Shown one piece after another: positions 26,928 through 40,882 of a DNA stretch of 64,000 nucleotides (the first letter of the stretch is position 1; every line of letters begins with the position of its first letter). The DNA is from Eledone cirrhosa (Eukaryota). Where the stretch lies: assembly GCA_964016885.1 (NCBI GenBank), contig OZ024743.1, positions 371,504,001 to 371,568,000 on the forward strand. The letters run 5' to 3'. The position numbers were made by a program, and so were the translations under genes. The notes under the pieces are model-generated. The model was not told the origin of the DNA. It searched no databases and saw only the letters and a program-made list of their open reading frames with translations.

Positions 26928-28316
26928 TCATCATCATCACCGTTTTACATACATTCTTCCATGCTAGCATGGGTTAAACGGGTTGTCCTGTTGTGGGCAG
27001 TGTCTGGTCGGCTGACCATGCCTTGCTCATACAGGAACTGATTTTGGCTTGATTTCTACAGCTGGATGCCCTTCCTAACACCAACCTCATTTACAGTGAG
27101 TGCTAGGTGCTTTTTTCCGTGACGCCTACACGTCCACTTTACAGTGTGGGCTGGGTGCTTTTTTGCCGTGGCACTGCCACGACCACTTTGAAGTGGGAGG
27201 GTGTGGGGGCATATTATATTTATGCTTCAGCTTCGGCTTGTACCCATGAAAGGTCGGGTACTCTGTATTACTGCGTGACGCCAGAGGTCACAGTCGTGTG
27301 TCATCACCTTTTATAGGTGTAATTGGGTAAGGTCGGCTTTTATCACCTCATCCCAGGTCTTCTTGGGTCTCCCCACTCTGCGGTTTCCATTGACTTCTAG
27401 TGCTCTGCATCTTTTTATGCAACTGTCATCCTTCATATGCATCACATGTCCATACCAATGCAACCGCCTCTCCTGCACACAGCATTCGATTCCTCTTATG
27501 CTCAGTCTCTCTCTCAATTCATTTATGTTTTGCCGTTCGAGTATATTACTATTACACATCCATTGGAGCATGCAGGCTTCGTTTCTTTCTAATCTACGTA
27601 AGTCTTCCACCTTCAGCGCCCAGGTCTCACTACCATGTAACATTGCTGTTCGTATACACGCATCATACAGCTTTTCATTTTGAGGGAAACGCCTTTTGCA
27701 GCTAGCAGTGGCAGTAGCTCCCTGAACTTCTTCCATCCCGTTCTTACCCTAGTTATTGTACTTTTTGAACACCCACCTCCGCTGTTAATTCGGTCACCTA
27801 GGTAGCAGAAGCTGTCTACTGTTTCTACAGAGCCCTCCCAGAGATTGGTGGTACTTGTTTCCTGTGGCTGTTTGCTGCTTGCTGTCCCAGCACAGCTGCT
27901 ACATGTGAAGCCTACATTCTTAATTAAGCTTCCTGAGATCCCGCTACATCTCTTGTGTACCCATTGTTTGCATTTGGGGCAGAGAATGGAGTTCCTACCT
28001 ACACCTTTCCTACATACTTAGCAAGGCCATTTTCCTGAGGGGATCTGGGTTTTGTTTTCTCGTCTACTTACAAGAACCTTAGTCTTTGTCAGGTTGACTT
28101 TGAGACCCTTTCTTTCTAGTCCTTGCTTCCAAGTTTGGAATTTCTTCTCTAGTTCTACCAGAGATTCAGCTATAAGTGTGAGGACATCTGCATACAGGAG
28201 TTCCCATGGGCATCCGGTCTTAAACTCCTCCATTATTGTCTGCAGGACTATGATGAACAGGGGAGGGCTAAGAACAGAGCCCTGGTGGACACCGACCTGT
28301 ACGCTAAATTCCTCTG
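26928..28316 (-). mobile_element. 5'-truncated degenerate RTE LINE
   Basis: GVHQGSVLSP, LLYADV, KWPC, RLHWYGH and a (TGA)n tail. Confidence 0.9.
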
Positions 28317-28325
28317 TATGTATGT

Positions 28326-28356
<31 letters not shown>

Positions 28357-28380
28357 AAGATAGATAGATATGTATATATC

Positions 28381-28890
28381 TACTGGTAACATGTAACTCA
28401 GTACAACCTGTCGCATGGTCGGGTCGTTGGCAACTAAACTGGCTACCCCGCCAAGTTTACTTGGTGAAGAGGGTGATTTTGGACACTGCAGGACAAAAAA
28501 CAAAACCTGACAAAGGGCGGAAGAACTCATAAGAGTCAACGGCCACCCGAAAGTGTGTAAATATGTATATACACATGTACCACGCAATTAAACCACTGGG
28601 AGTGAAGGACCCCTAGCCTTTGTTGGGGCATTCTTCTAGAAGGCAACACAGGAAACTGGGATAACTCCGATATAAAACCTGCGGCTCAGTAGTTACCGAT
28701 GATGTTGATCTTTTCTTCTTTTCGCGTTATAACTACTGTCGCTCAGAGAGTGGGATTGGCTTAGTGCACAGACTTTCCTGACTTTAAAAAATATCTTCAC
28801 GCACAGGCATTGCACGATAGAATTAATTAATAATTATTAATAATGGTATATCGTGCAATGGCCATACTCGATAACGAGGGGGCAGGCATC

Positions 28891-28924
<34 letters not shown>

Positions 28925-29345
28925 ATATATATGTATGTATATATATGTCAGGTCACCAGTTGGTGCTACTGGTAACATGTATCCCAGTACAACCTGTCTC
29001 ATGGTCGGGTCGTTGGCGACTAAACTGGCAACCCCACCAAGGTTTCTTGGTGAGGAGGGTGACTTTGGACATCCTGCAGGACTAAAAAAAAACCTGTCAA
29101 AGGGCAAAGGAGCTCTTAAGAGTCAATGGCCATCCAAAATCACCGGGAGAGATGACCCCTTAGCCTTTGTCAAGGCAGAATTCTAGGAGAAGGAAAACTC
29201 TGATATAACACCTGCAACCCTGATGGTATCCAATGATGTTGACTTGTTCTTCTTTTTGGTAAATATCATCTTGGTTAAGAGAGTGGGACTGGCTTTGTGC
29301 AGTGCCTTTGCTCACTATAAAAGCTTCACGGCACAGGCATTGCTT
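28381..29345 (+). repeat. Two diverged tandem copies (~28381-28860 and ~28967-29345) of an unclassified ~400-bp repeat
   Basis: tactggtaacatgta..gggtcgttggc(a/g)actaaactggc..cccctagcctttgt..gagagtggga..caggcattgc appears twice, separated by a TA microsatellite. Confidence 0.75.
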
Positions 29346-29568
29346 TATATCTGGAGATCTCTCTGCACTTGTCGTCACATGGTACCATGGGCCCAGCAAT
29401 ATGTGTCAATAATTGTCACAAGTGCAGTGTTTGTACCAGAGTTTTCAAGTCGCTGGCTGGACTAAAAAGTCACACTCGTTCAGCGCATCGGTAGGGGTTC
29501 TCCTACATGGATATGAAGTAGTGGCCGTACTCGAAAACGAGTTGGCAGCCACCATATATATATATATG

Positions 29569-29698
<130 letters not shown>

Positions 29699-29849
29699 TA
29701 CATACATATGCTAGCGTGGAAGATGGACGCTGAATGATGATGATGATGATATACATATGAAGGTCATCTGCTCCAAACAAAGCTTTATCTCTTCTTGCAC
29801 TGTCTGTTCCTTCCTGGTATGAAATCTCAAATGGCTTTTGAATCCTGAA

Positions 29850-32250
29850 AAATCTGTGAAAGACGCGTCCACAAATAATACAATGATGTCTTATTTCGTT
29901 CTTGTTTCCACTTTGGATTTGCTTATTGTGCATGTTCAGATGTCGCTTCAATCCACCACCTGATTTACAAATTTTCTGACAAACGTGGCACTAGAACTGA
30001 TTCTCTGTAATGAAGTTTGAATAGTCAACTTGGAATTTACCATCATGTGCTCAGTGGTGTGACTTCAAGCCACCATTCAAAAGCACACCTTGGGGCACAC
30101 AGAACATTTGAAAACCAACACTGGATAAGATTTATCATTATTACTGTTGGTCTCATTCTTCTGCACTTTTCAGTTCTGCATATTTTATCCTCTCCATTGC
30201 AAATTCTTTAACTCCATTCCAAATGTCATTTCTCAAGGCCACTCTATCTACTGCACATGATTCGAGAATTTTGTAGGATATTTCAAGGCATTTTAAGTTC
30301 GCTTTTAGAGAGTCTCTGTATTTCCTCCTTGGCTTACTATTTAACTTTTGATCAGCTTGAGTTTGCCATAAAATATTTTCTTGGAGGTGCATCCATCACC
30401 AATACAAATCATGTGACCTGTCCATCTTAACTGATTCTTAATCTGCATGGCTTGCGTAAATGTAACTTTTGCCCAAGTAAGAATCTCAGTGTCTGGAACA
30501 AATGTGATCCACGTCATCTTGAGTGTATGCCGGAAGCATTTTTGGTGAATCTGCCGTGTGTACAAAGTTCATGTCTCGGATGAATATAATAGTATGGAGA
30601 GTAAAGATGAGACGTATGCAGTAGTCTTATTCTCTAATTTAATGTGACATTGTGACCAGACTTTAATTTTTAGTCCACCAAAGACTTTTGCTGCCAATTT
30701 TATACGAGATGTGATTTCAGTATCCAATTTACCATCAGCTTGTATCCTACTGCCAAAGTATTCAAAAGAAGTCACCATCCTTAGCATTGTACCCCTAACA
30801 AGGATTCGAGGTGCAGTTGTCTGCTCCCAGGGATTCATTACAACAGTCGTTTTTTAATTATAAGACCGAACACATCACAAGCTGTGTTGAAATCACAGAA
30901 CAGTCTTTGCAAGCCCTTCTCAGTGTGACTTATCAGGTTGAAGTCATCAGCATATAAAAGGTCACGGATCAAAGAGGTAAAGACTTTAGAGTAGAATTTC
31001 ATTCTAGTCAAATTCAACACATTTCCAGAAAAGCAATAGCGGATAAAGACTCCATCTGTTGATGTTGCAAAGGCATTTGTCAACATCGCTGCAAAATAGA
31101 TGGCGAAGAGTGTTGGTGCTTCAAGGTTGCTCTACCTTATTCCATTTTCCACTGTGAATGGTTCTCAAAGAATACCAACAAAATTAATATGGGCAAATCG
31201 TTATGGAGGGTTTTAATCATATTCACAAACTTTTCAAGGCAGCCCTATTCTTTCAACACCAATCAAATACAGTCCTGTTAACAATGCTGAAAGCTTTTCT
31301 ATGGTCTACAAAGTAGTGTTATAACCTAATGTTTTGCTCCATGCATTTTTCTTGTAGCTGGTGGATAGTGAAAATCATGTCAGCTCTCCTGCAAGAGGGG
31401 CGAAAACCCCAATGTGATTCTGACAGCTCTTGGAATAATGAATTTGTGAAGATGCTCTGAAAGAATACACAAGAGTACATAACAACAGATAACAAAGATA
31501 TGCCATGAAAGTTACCACACAAATCTTTAGGACCAGACTAAAAAAGTGATATTAAAATAGCATCGACCCAGTCCTGTGGTACTTCTTCCAACAATGCAAA
31601 AGTAGTGAGTGAAGCATTTCGATCATCCTTTGTTCACCAAATTTCAATATTTCTGAACTGATACTATAGATACGGGAGACTTATTGTTATTTAACTTCTT
31701 CACAACTACGGTGGTGTCATCTACTGAAGGCTCAGAAAACATTTCTTCAGTGACTGGAAGGTTGTCCATTCTCTCAATTGGGTCCATATTCACATTTGAT
31801 AACCTGTTAAACAGATCTGAGTAGTGTTGCCTCCAACATTTCTGTATGGATATGACATCAGTAAAGAGTTGTTGTCCATCAATAGATCTCACAGGAGATA
31901 TCACTGTTGCTCTAGGACCAAATACCTCTTTTATATATGAAAAGAAGGTTTTAGAGTATTTGTAGTTTGCAGCTGCTTGTGCTTCATTGGCTTTCATTTG
32001 CTGAAGACTGCTCTGAATTTTTATTACATAGCCTTATACTTACTGTTTTTGATGGAATTTTCAGACTTTCCTTGAATGTGCTTGCACAACTCTTGTTTTT
32101 CATGCAGAAGTCTGGACACTTCCAAGTGTCATTATCAGCAAACCAATAAGCCACTTTCTTGGATTTGAGACCCAAAGTGCTTGATGTAACATCATAGATT
32201 TGAGACTTGAAACTCCCCTAAAGGTTATCTTCATTGAGAGTAATGCACAT
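29850..32250 (-). mobile_element. Degenerate RTE/BovB-like LINE with C-terminal C2H2 fingers
   Basis: GISLLSV, WGFRP..DMIFTIHQLQEKC, DLLYADD, FEYFGS, LLYSSET, QLRWTGH, CHVC..KRHLNMH, CIICGRVF. Confidence 0.85.
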
Positions 32251-32299
32251 AAGTCCATCTTGAAAACCTTTGAACATCATAGGGGATTTGAAGCTTGAG

Positions 32300-32710
32300 G
32301 AGGGACAGGCCAGTTGGCTGTGCTGAACCCTTCTCACAGTAGCACCCCAGTTGGGCACTCTCCATTCGATGGACACTTCTCAATATGAAACCGGACTCTC
32401 GCAGCCTAGAGCTGGATGACACTGGTGGGACAGACCAGTTGGCCACAATGAACCCCTCTCACAGTGGTGCCCCAGTTTTGGAGCAGTGCAAGCTAACTCA
32501 TATGGACTCTTCTCATATACGAAACCACATGTGACATCACTAAAAGGGAGCAGGCCAGTTGGCTGTGCTGAACCCTTCTCACAATGGCACCCCAGTTTTG
32601 AAGCCAGTCGCTCTCCATGCAGCAAACCCTTCTCAGTACGAACCCACGTTGTGTGAACCTGGGACTTGGTGACACCACTCTGAGGAGGGACCAGAGTGGA
32701 TCCTCAATTC
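32300..32710. repeat. Imperfect tandem array of ~105-125-bp units (3-4 copies)
   Basis: ccagttggc..tgaaccc(t/c)tctcaca(g/a)t(a/g)g..ccccagtt recurs at ~32310, ~32435 and ~32555. Confidence 0.75.
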
Positions 32711-32870
32711 AGGTGTTGGATGCCATGAGTGCTGGGTGTTTCCATCTTGACCTTGTTTATTATGAATATTATTTTTCAGTCAGCGATATTTGGCATGTGG
32801 GGGTGTGTAGGTAATGTGGTTAATTTTCCAAGATGGCGTTCTCCTTTTTCATTGAACTGTGCTATAGTGC

Positions 32871-34165
32871 TAGGGTGGAGTATAAGTTCGGAAGCAAATT
32901 TTTGAAGTTTGATTTCTAAAAGTATTGTAAGTATATCATTAATCTTCTTTTATTTTCATGTTAAAACATTAGTCTACGTAAACATATTGGACTTTGTTTG
33001 AATTTCTTAAAGAATTTGAATATGTTATCCAATAGAGAAATGATACACAAACTTCATCGTGCAGGGAAGTCAGTTTCAAATATTGCAAAGTTACTTTTGG
33101 TAGTAAGATCTACAGTTTGGAAAGCTGTGAAGCATTTTAAAGAAAAAGGAGATTTGTCGGATAGACTAAGAAGTGGAAGAACACAAACTAAACAGACTCC
33201 TACTCTCATTAAAGCCGTTTGAGAAAGGATAAGAAGAAATCTGAAAAGGTCCATTATAAAAATGGCAAAAGAGGTTCGAGTAAGCCCTAGGACAATGAGA
33301 AGGATCATCAATGATGACTTGGGAATGTCTTCCTTCAGAAGAGACAAACCCTTTCTGAAAATACAAAACAAAAAAGGCTGGAGAGAAGCAAGAATTTTCT
33401 TAAAGAAAAGAAACATGGCATGGCGGAGGAAATTGTCTGGTCAGATGAAAAGATTTTCACTGTTGAGCAGACACACGACCGAAGAAATGATTGAGTCACT
33501 GGAGAAAAAGCATCAGCATCTGTATTCCATTCAATCTGTATTCCAAACATCTGTATCCCATTCAATGAAACAAGCTTCTGTTATGGTTTGGGTGGCTTGG
33601 AAGTCTCCTCTCATTTTTGTGGAAGAAAGGACAAAAATCAGCTTCCAATCTTACATAAACGGTATTCAGGAGCCTATGCTTGCCTCTGCAACTAATCATT
33701 TTGGCAATGATTATCTGTGGACCTTCCAACAGGATGGAGTCACCTCGTCTGCAGCAAATGTCACATAAGCTTGGTGCAGAGACCATCTTCTGAGGTTCTT
33801 TTCAAAAGAAATATGGCCTCCTTGTTCACTTGACGTGAACTCTACAGACTTTTCAGTAAGGTCTATCCTTGATGAAAAAGCCTGTTCAAAAGTCCATAAG
33901 ACAGTCAATGATTTAAAGGCATTTTACTGAGCACTTTGAAAGAAATTCCCCAAGAAATGTTGCATGCTTCAGTGAAAGATATTCGACTGAGGTTAGAGGC
34001 TGTTATTGCTAAATGAGGGGCTCATTTTGAATAAAACATTACATTTTGAAATAAACATTACATTCTAAAGATATTTATGTATAATTACATATATGTTGCT
34101 GGTCAATAAAGTTAGTAGTTTTGTTATTAAAAGCATTTTTATTTGTTTCCAAACTTATGCTCTCT
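32871..34165 (+). mobile_element. Tc1/mariner superfamily transposon, DD37D (maT) type, degenerate
   Basis: HTH region with RSGR, WSDE, FQQDG followed by 37 residues to the third D (WPPCSLDVNSTD). Imperfect TIRs gagtataagttcggaa / ttccaaacttatgctc. Stops and frameshifts. Confidence 0.85.
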
Positions 34166-34232
34166 CTCTCTCTTTCTCTCTCTCTTCCTCACTCTCTCTC
34201 TCTCTCTTTCTCTCTCTCTATATATATATATA

Positions 34233-36224
34233 TCATCATCATCACCATCATCTTCGTTTAGCGTCCATTTTCCACGCTAGCATGGGTTAGACGGGAGTTG
34301 TCCCAATTTGAGTCAAGGTTGGTCGGGTGACCATGTCTCGCTCATTTAGGACTATCTGGCAGGTTTTCTACGGCCACATTTACAGTGTGGAACTGGGAAC
34401 TTTTTACCGTGTTACCTACATGGCCACATTACAGCGTGGACTGTGTGTTTTTTGTCGTGACACGTACACAATTTCTATCTCATTATCTCATTTATTTGGA
34501 CTGGATGTTGTGGTACCAACTTTACAGAGAGAGGGTGGTATTGGTGGGAGTGGGAGGATAGGGTAGGGGTAGTGGATTGTGGTGTATATTTGGTTAAGAG
34601 GTGCCTACTGACTGTAGGTTTCGCTTTGTACTTAGGCAAGGCGGGTCTTCTGTATTACTGCATAGCGCCAAAGATCTCGGTCCAGTGACATTGTCTTAAA
34701 GAGGTGCAAGTGTGTAAGGTCGGAATTTATTAGATCATCCCAGGTTTTTCTGGGTCTACCTACTCCATAACACATCAATTTTGATCGCCCTGCACTTTTT
34801 TATACAGCTGTCGTCTTTCATGCACATCACCTGGTCATACCAACGTAGTCTTCTCTCAAGTAAACAACATCTGCTCCCTCTTATTCCTAATTTCTCACTT
34901 AGTTCATTTAAGCTTTGCTGTTCACGTATATTACTATTACACATCCAACGGAGCATGCATGCTTCGTTCCTTTCCAGTCTGCGCAGGTCCTCTGCACGTA
35001 ATGCCCATGTCTCACTGCCATGTAGCATTGCTGTTCGTATACAGGCATCATTCAATCTGCCTTTCATTTTTAGAGAGAAACCTTTTGTGGCCAACAGCTG
35101 TATAAGCTCTCTGAACTTTTTCCATCCCGTTCTGACTCTGGCTACTGTACTTTCAGAACACCCTCCTCCACTGCTGATTTCGTCACCCAGGTAACGGAAA
35201 ATGTCTACTATTTCTATAGAACCATCTGGGCAATAGAAGGAGCTAGTATCCTGTGGACACTTGCTACTTATTGCACCTGAGCATCGGCCACATATAAAGT
35301 CTATGTTCTTAGATAGTTTACCTGTGATCCCACTACATCTTTTATGTACCCATACTTTGTATTTGGGACATAAAATGAAATTTCTGACTACTCCTTTCCT
35401 ACACACTGAGCATGGTCATTTACCTGAGGGCACCTGTGCCCTATTTTCCTTTCTACAAACTAGAACTTTAGTCTTAGACAAGTTAACTTTAAGGCCTTTT
35501 GATTCTAGGCCATGCTTCCATGTTTCGAATTCCTTCTCTAGTTCAGCCATTGATTCAGCTATGAGCGTTAGATCATCTGCGTATAGGAGTTCTCATGGGC
35601 AGCCGGTCTTGAACTCCTCTGTTATAGCCTGAAGGGCAATAATAAATAGGAAGGGGCTAAGGACAGAGTCTTGATGAACGCCAACTTTTACACTAAATTC
35701 TTCACAATATTCATTGTTAATTCTAACCTTGTGACTGTTTCATTATACATAGCTTGTATAGCTCTCACAAGCCATTCATCTACACCTAGTTTCTAAGAGC
35801 CCACCAGATAATGGAATGGGGGACTCTGTCAAAGGCTTTCTCCAGGTCTACAATGCTAAGTAGAGGGGTTTACTTTTAGCTAGGTACTTCTCTTGTAGTT
35901 GTCGTACAAGGAAAAGAGCACCTGTGGTACTTTTACCTGACACAAATCCAAACTGCATTTCATCTAGATCAATTCGCTCTCTGATTAGTTGTGCTATAAC
36001 TCTTTCTGTGACCTTCATGACTTGGTCAACTAACTTAATGCCTCTATAATTTCCCCTATCAAGAGCATCCCCTTTACCCTTGTAGCAGTTAATGATGATG
36101 CTGCTATGCCAGTCTTTCGGTATGCCCCCATTCTGTATTACTTGGTTAATTATACGGGTGACCGTAGTGTGTCCCACCATACCAGATGCCTTCAACATCT
36201 CAGCAACTATCTCCGAATGCCCAG

Positions 36225-36225
<1 letters not shown>
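34233..36225 (-). mobile_element. 5'-truncated RTE LINE, same family as 15184-19605
   Basis: ORFs 36351-35848 and 35406-34756 closely match the earlier copy, including the Cys/His finger. (TGA)n tail. Confidence 0.92.
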
Positions 36226-36290
<65 letters not shown>

Positions 36291-36294
<4 letters not shown>

Positions 36295-38718
36295 TAAGGT
36301 TGGTGGTGCATGAATACAAAAGACGACTTCCGCCCAGCAGTTACTTTGCACCTTTTTTCAGTTCTAACTAGCTTGTAATGGCTTCCATACTCCTGTGACT
36401 TTGATCTCTCTAACAATGAGAGTAGTTTCATTAGACGACTTTTAAGATATTTACTTTAACCGACAACTTGGTTCCAAAGTACATGCCTTTAAGAGATTTG
36501 CCATTACATGGAATTACATTTATCATTCAACTTGATTATGCATTATGTTTGCAGCTCTTCACTCACCTTGTACTTGTATTAACATGAAGAAGAAAATAAA
36601 CCTTTATTATGTTTTAACTATGCCTTCTGATTTGATGCTTTCCTCAACCATGAAACATAAACACGCAGCCTTACAATATATCTTCTTTAAGGATATAATC
36701 TCTGCTACTAGTACACAGACAACAGCTAAAGCCATCTTGCTAAAAAAAAAAAATTGTTTTTTTGGTAGCAGAACCTCGTGGTGTATTCTTTAATTTTTCC
36801 GGTTCACCACAATTGTTATACGGATGTACGGTATTTTCTAAGCTTGACCGGAGGATATTCCTAACAAGAACTATAACACCAACAGTTATGACAACACCAA
36901 CAGCATCACCACGGACAACACCAACAGCAACGACAACAACAAAAGCAAGAGCGGCAGTTATATAATTAAACCACCACCACCACCAACAACAACAACTTGA
37001 ATAACATGTTAACGCATCTTCTGTGCACCCTTGTCAGACACAACTTGCTTCTATTGGACCCCCTGGTCGGTCACATAATAAATAGACAAAATTGCCTGTC
37101 TTTGACAACGCGTCAATATGCCACACGGGCGTCTAACATTCTATTGTATTGCATTTTTTACTTTTCTAGGCATGCGCCTAATATATTTCAATTGTAATTC
37201 CTTTTTCAACTTTTCAGGACCGTTTTTCCAAGTGTTTACATTTGTAAATATTCTGTATTTGTTGGATAAATTTTTTGCAACATGCACACATACGTTGCAC
37301 CACATTTTTTGTAACTTTATTGAGTAGTTTTTATCATGTCTGTGTCTTTTCAGCTCTGTTGCCCGACACTTTCTACATTGGATGTTAATTCATATTCTCT
37401 GCACCCTTGTCAGACGCAACTTGCTTCTATTGGACCCCTGGTCAGTCACATAATAAATAGACACAGTTTCCTGTCTTTGACAATGAGCCAAAATGCTACA
37501 TGGTCGTCCTTGCTAACGTTAGCAAATGCTTACGATATTAGCGCCAGACATCTAGCCTCAATTTTTTCTTCTGTTGCTACTACTCACTCAACTATACATT
37601 CACCAACACACAGTCTTGCCTTAATTTTGAGCCTTGTCTCAATGTCTCATGTCTGTGCCTTTTGAGCTCTGTTGCTCAACACTTTTTTATGTTGGATGTT
37701 CACTCATATTCTCTGCACCCTTGTCAGATGCAACTTGCCTCTATTGGACCCCTGGTCGGTCATGTAATTAATAGACAAAGTTTGATGTCTTTGACAACGT
37801 GCCAACATGCTACACTGTCATGCTTATGTCATTAGCGCTAGCCACAGCTACCCTCAACTTTTTCTTCTGTTGCCACTACTAACTCAACTACATTAACCAA
37901 CACACAGGTTTTCTGTAATTTTGAAATTTGTCTCACCTTGCTGGTCCTGAAATTTTTACTAACAGTTATGTTATGCAGTGTTTTGCCTTTTCTTACACTC
38001 TTGTGAACATGTTCTTTGTGTAAATATATTTGCCTTTGCTTTCCATTTTTTTATATTGTAACAACATTCTGTCTGCAGAGGGGTAAATGTAGCAAGCAAT
38101 GACACTATTTTATCACTGCAGAGTAATTTGGTTATGCTTTTTTACTCGCCAGCCCTTAGGGTTGATGGCGCATGAATACAAAAGACAACTTCTGCCTAGC
38201 AGTTGCTTTGCGCTTTTTTTCAGTTCTAGCTAGCAGTTGCGTTTTGGACTCGTAGACACCAGCAGCTCACAAATGGCGTTCCTGGTCGAGGCACCATCTT
38301 TCGAAACTAGCTAACAGTTGCTCTTTTTGTTTTCATCGACACCAGCAGCTTGTAATGGCTTCCATACTCCTGTGACTTTGATCTCGCTAACAATGAGAGT
38401 AGTTTCATTAGACGGCTTTTGGGAGATTTACCGTAACCGACAACTTGGTTCCAAAGTGCATGCCTTTAAGAGATTTGCCATTACATGGAATTACATTTAT
38501 CATTTAACTTGATTATACGTTATGCTTACAGTTCTTCACTCACCTTGTACTTGTATTAATATGAAGAAGAAAATAAACCTTTATTATGTTTTAACTATGC
38601 CTTCTGATCTGATCCTTTCCTCAACCATGAAACATAAACATGCAGCCTTACAATATATCTTCTTTAAGGATATAATCTCTGCTACCAATATAGAACAACA
38701 GCAAAAGTACTATTGCTA
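36291..38718. repeat. Unclassified composite: ~450-570-bp direct repeats flanking three internal diverged repeats
   Basis: 36291-36742 resembles 38152-38718. The internal motif tgcacccttgtcaga..caacttgc..ctattggacccctggtc occurs at ~37024, ~37400 and ~37714. Confidence 0.7.
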
Positions 38719-39019
38719 AATGTTGTTCTGTATGGCAAATGGAATACAAAGCCGGAGCATCCTAGCGATAAATATGACCCACCAGCCTTCTCTGGATGAC
38801 CATACAAACTCTCTTCTTTATTTCAGACTTTGAAAACCAACACCATCACATATTTCACACCCTCTACCAAGTTTTCACCTTCTCCCTCTCACTCTTCCAT
38901 TGAACTCCATAACTTCAGAGCTGGCACCATCAGCATAGGCACGATGAATGGAAGATCTGGAGAGATTGTAGAGATGCTTGAATGAAAGAAAATTGATGTG
39001 GACTGTGATGGAGGGGAAT

Positions 39020-39575
39020 ATAATAATGAATTTATTGTGTAAAGTGCTCAGGTGCACTACAACTCCTCAAAGGTGTATGTATAGTACATAGAATAATACA
39101 CAAATTTCAGGGAAGTGAATAGTGTATGAGTCATGGTATACATGTGTGTATGAGTATGAAGGGGGAACATTAGCTGTAGTGTTGGCGGATCTCGGGAAGC
39201 ATGGAGGCCTTAAAGGATGCAGTGTCTCGACAGCTAACAACTGACACAGGTAGTTTGTTCCATGCTTCAGCAACTCTGAGCGTGAAAAAATGTTTCCGAA
39301 AGTCATGGGAACTGTGCTGTTTTCTGACTTTGTGGGCATGTCCACGTGTGTTAGACACATGGAAATCAAAAAGGTACTCAGGGTTGTTGTTGGCAAGATG
39401 GTTAACAATTTTGTGGGTGTTTACCAAGTAAGTTGCCAGGCGTTGGAGCTTCAATGTATCCATGCCCAGGGAAGCAAGGCGCTCAAAGTATGGTAGATGC
39501 CTGCTGGAGGGTATTCGCTTGGTTGCGCACGTCTCTGAACAGTTTCCAGGCGGTCAATGTTCTGAGCAAGATATG
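39020..39575 (-). mobile_element. CR1-clade LINE 3' fragment
   Basis: NTRGHAHKVRKQ..RKHFFTLRVAEAWNKLP..SFK, the typical CR1 ORF2 C-terminus. Confidence 0.85.
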
Positions 39576-40080
39576 ACAGGTAAACAAAGTAATTGCTGTA
39601 AATAGAGTGAATGACAGAATAATTAAACTTTGACTTGTACTAAATAGAGCAACCACGACAATTATATCTACCTCAATCTGGACTCTTAGACGTACAAAAA
39701 GACAGATTCTATTGAGTCCATAATGCATATTACTTCCCAAATAAACAACAGCGACCTCCTAATCATTGTAGGTGACTTTAATGGGCATGTCGGGCAACAC
39801 TGTGATGGCTTATATGAGATCAATAAGTGTTACGAGTTTGAGGAAGGAATGAGGAAGGTTTCAGGCTCCTGGAATTCTGCAATGCTAATGACCTATCTAT
39901 CTGTAACACAAATTTCAAAAATGAGACAACTACTTAAGAAACCTATAGATCAGATGAGCACACCAGCCAGATAGATTTTATTCTTACCAGAAGAAGAGAC
40001 AGAGTGATGGTTGTGAACACAAAGTTCCTCCCTGGTGAAGAAAGCACCTCCCAACATAACTAAATAGTTAGCGACCTTTT

Positions 40081-40882
40081 CAGGGAACTATTACCACTGT
40101 TACTGCAAAAGGCTTTTCCCTCAAAATAAAAGGCAGACTGTATGATGCGTGCATACAAAAAGCAATGTTACATGGTAGTGAAACCTGGGCGCTGTGTGTA
40201 GAAAGAAGACTTGTGTAGATTAGAAAGAAACGAAGCTTGCATGCTCTGATGGATGTGTAATAGTAATATACGCAAACGGCAAAGCATAAACAAATTGAGA
40301 GAGAGACTAGGCATAAGGGGAATTAAATGCTGTATTCAGGAGAGAAGGTTGCGTTGGTATAGACATGTGATGCGTATGAAGGATGACAGCTACATAAAAA
40401 GGTGCAGAGTACTAGAAGTCGACGGAAGCCATGGAGTGAGGAGACCCAAGAAGACCTGGGATGAGATGATAAAAGCCGACTTTGCCCAATTGCATCTCTC
40501 AACACAGGACCGTGACTTCTGGCATCACGCAGTAATACAGAAGACCCGACTTCCAACGGGAACAGGCCGTAGCTGAAGCATATAGACAATATCTCCCCAT
40601 CCCCTCCCACTGCAAAGTGGTCGTGGTGGTGTCACAACAAAAAAGTACCCAGTCCACACTGTAAAGTGGTCGTGTAGGCACCATGGAAAAAAAGCGCTCA
40701 GCACTCACTGTAAATGAGGTTGGTGTTAGAAAGGGCATCCAGCTGTAGAAATCAAGCCAAAATCAGTTCCCATATGAGTGAGACAAGGTCACCCAACCTG
40801 GTATTTCCCACAACAGGACAACCCGCCTAACCCATGCTAGTGTGAAAGAATGAACGTAAAACAGTGATGATGATGATGATGA
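40081..40882 (+). mobile_element. 5'-truncated RTE copy nested inside a related RTE
   Basis: Jumps from the host endonuclease (IVSDL) to the RT C-terminus (RELLPL..RLRWY) and ends in (TGA)n. The host sequence resumes at 40883. Confidence 0.82.
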
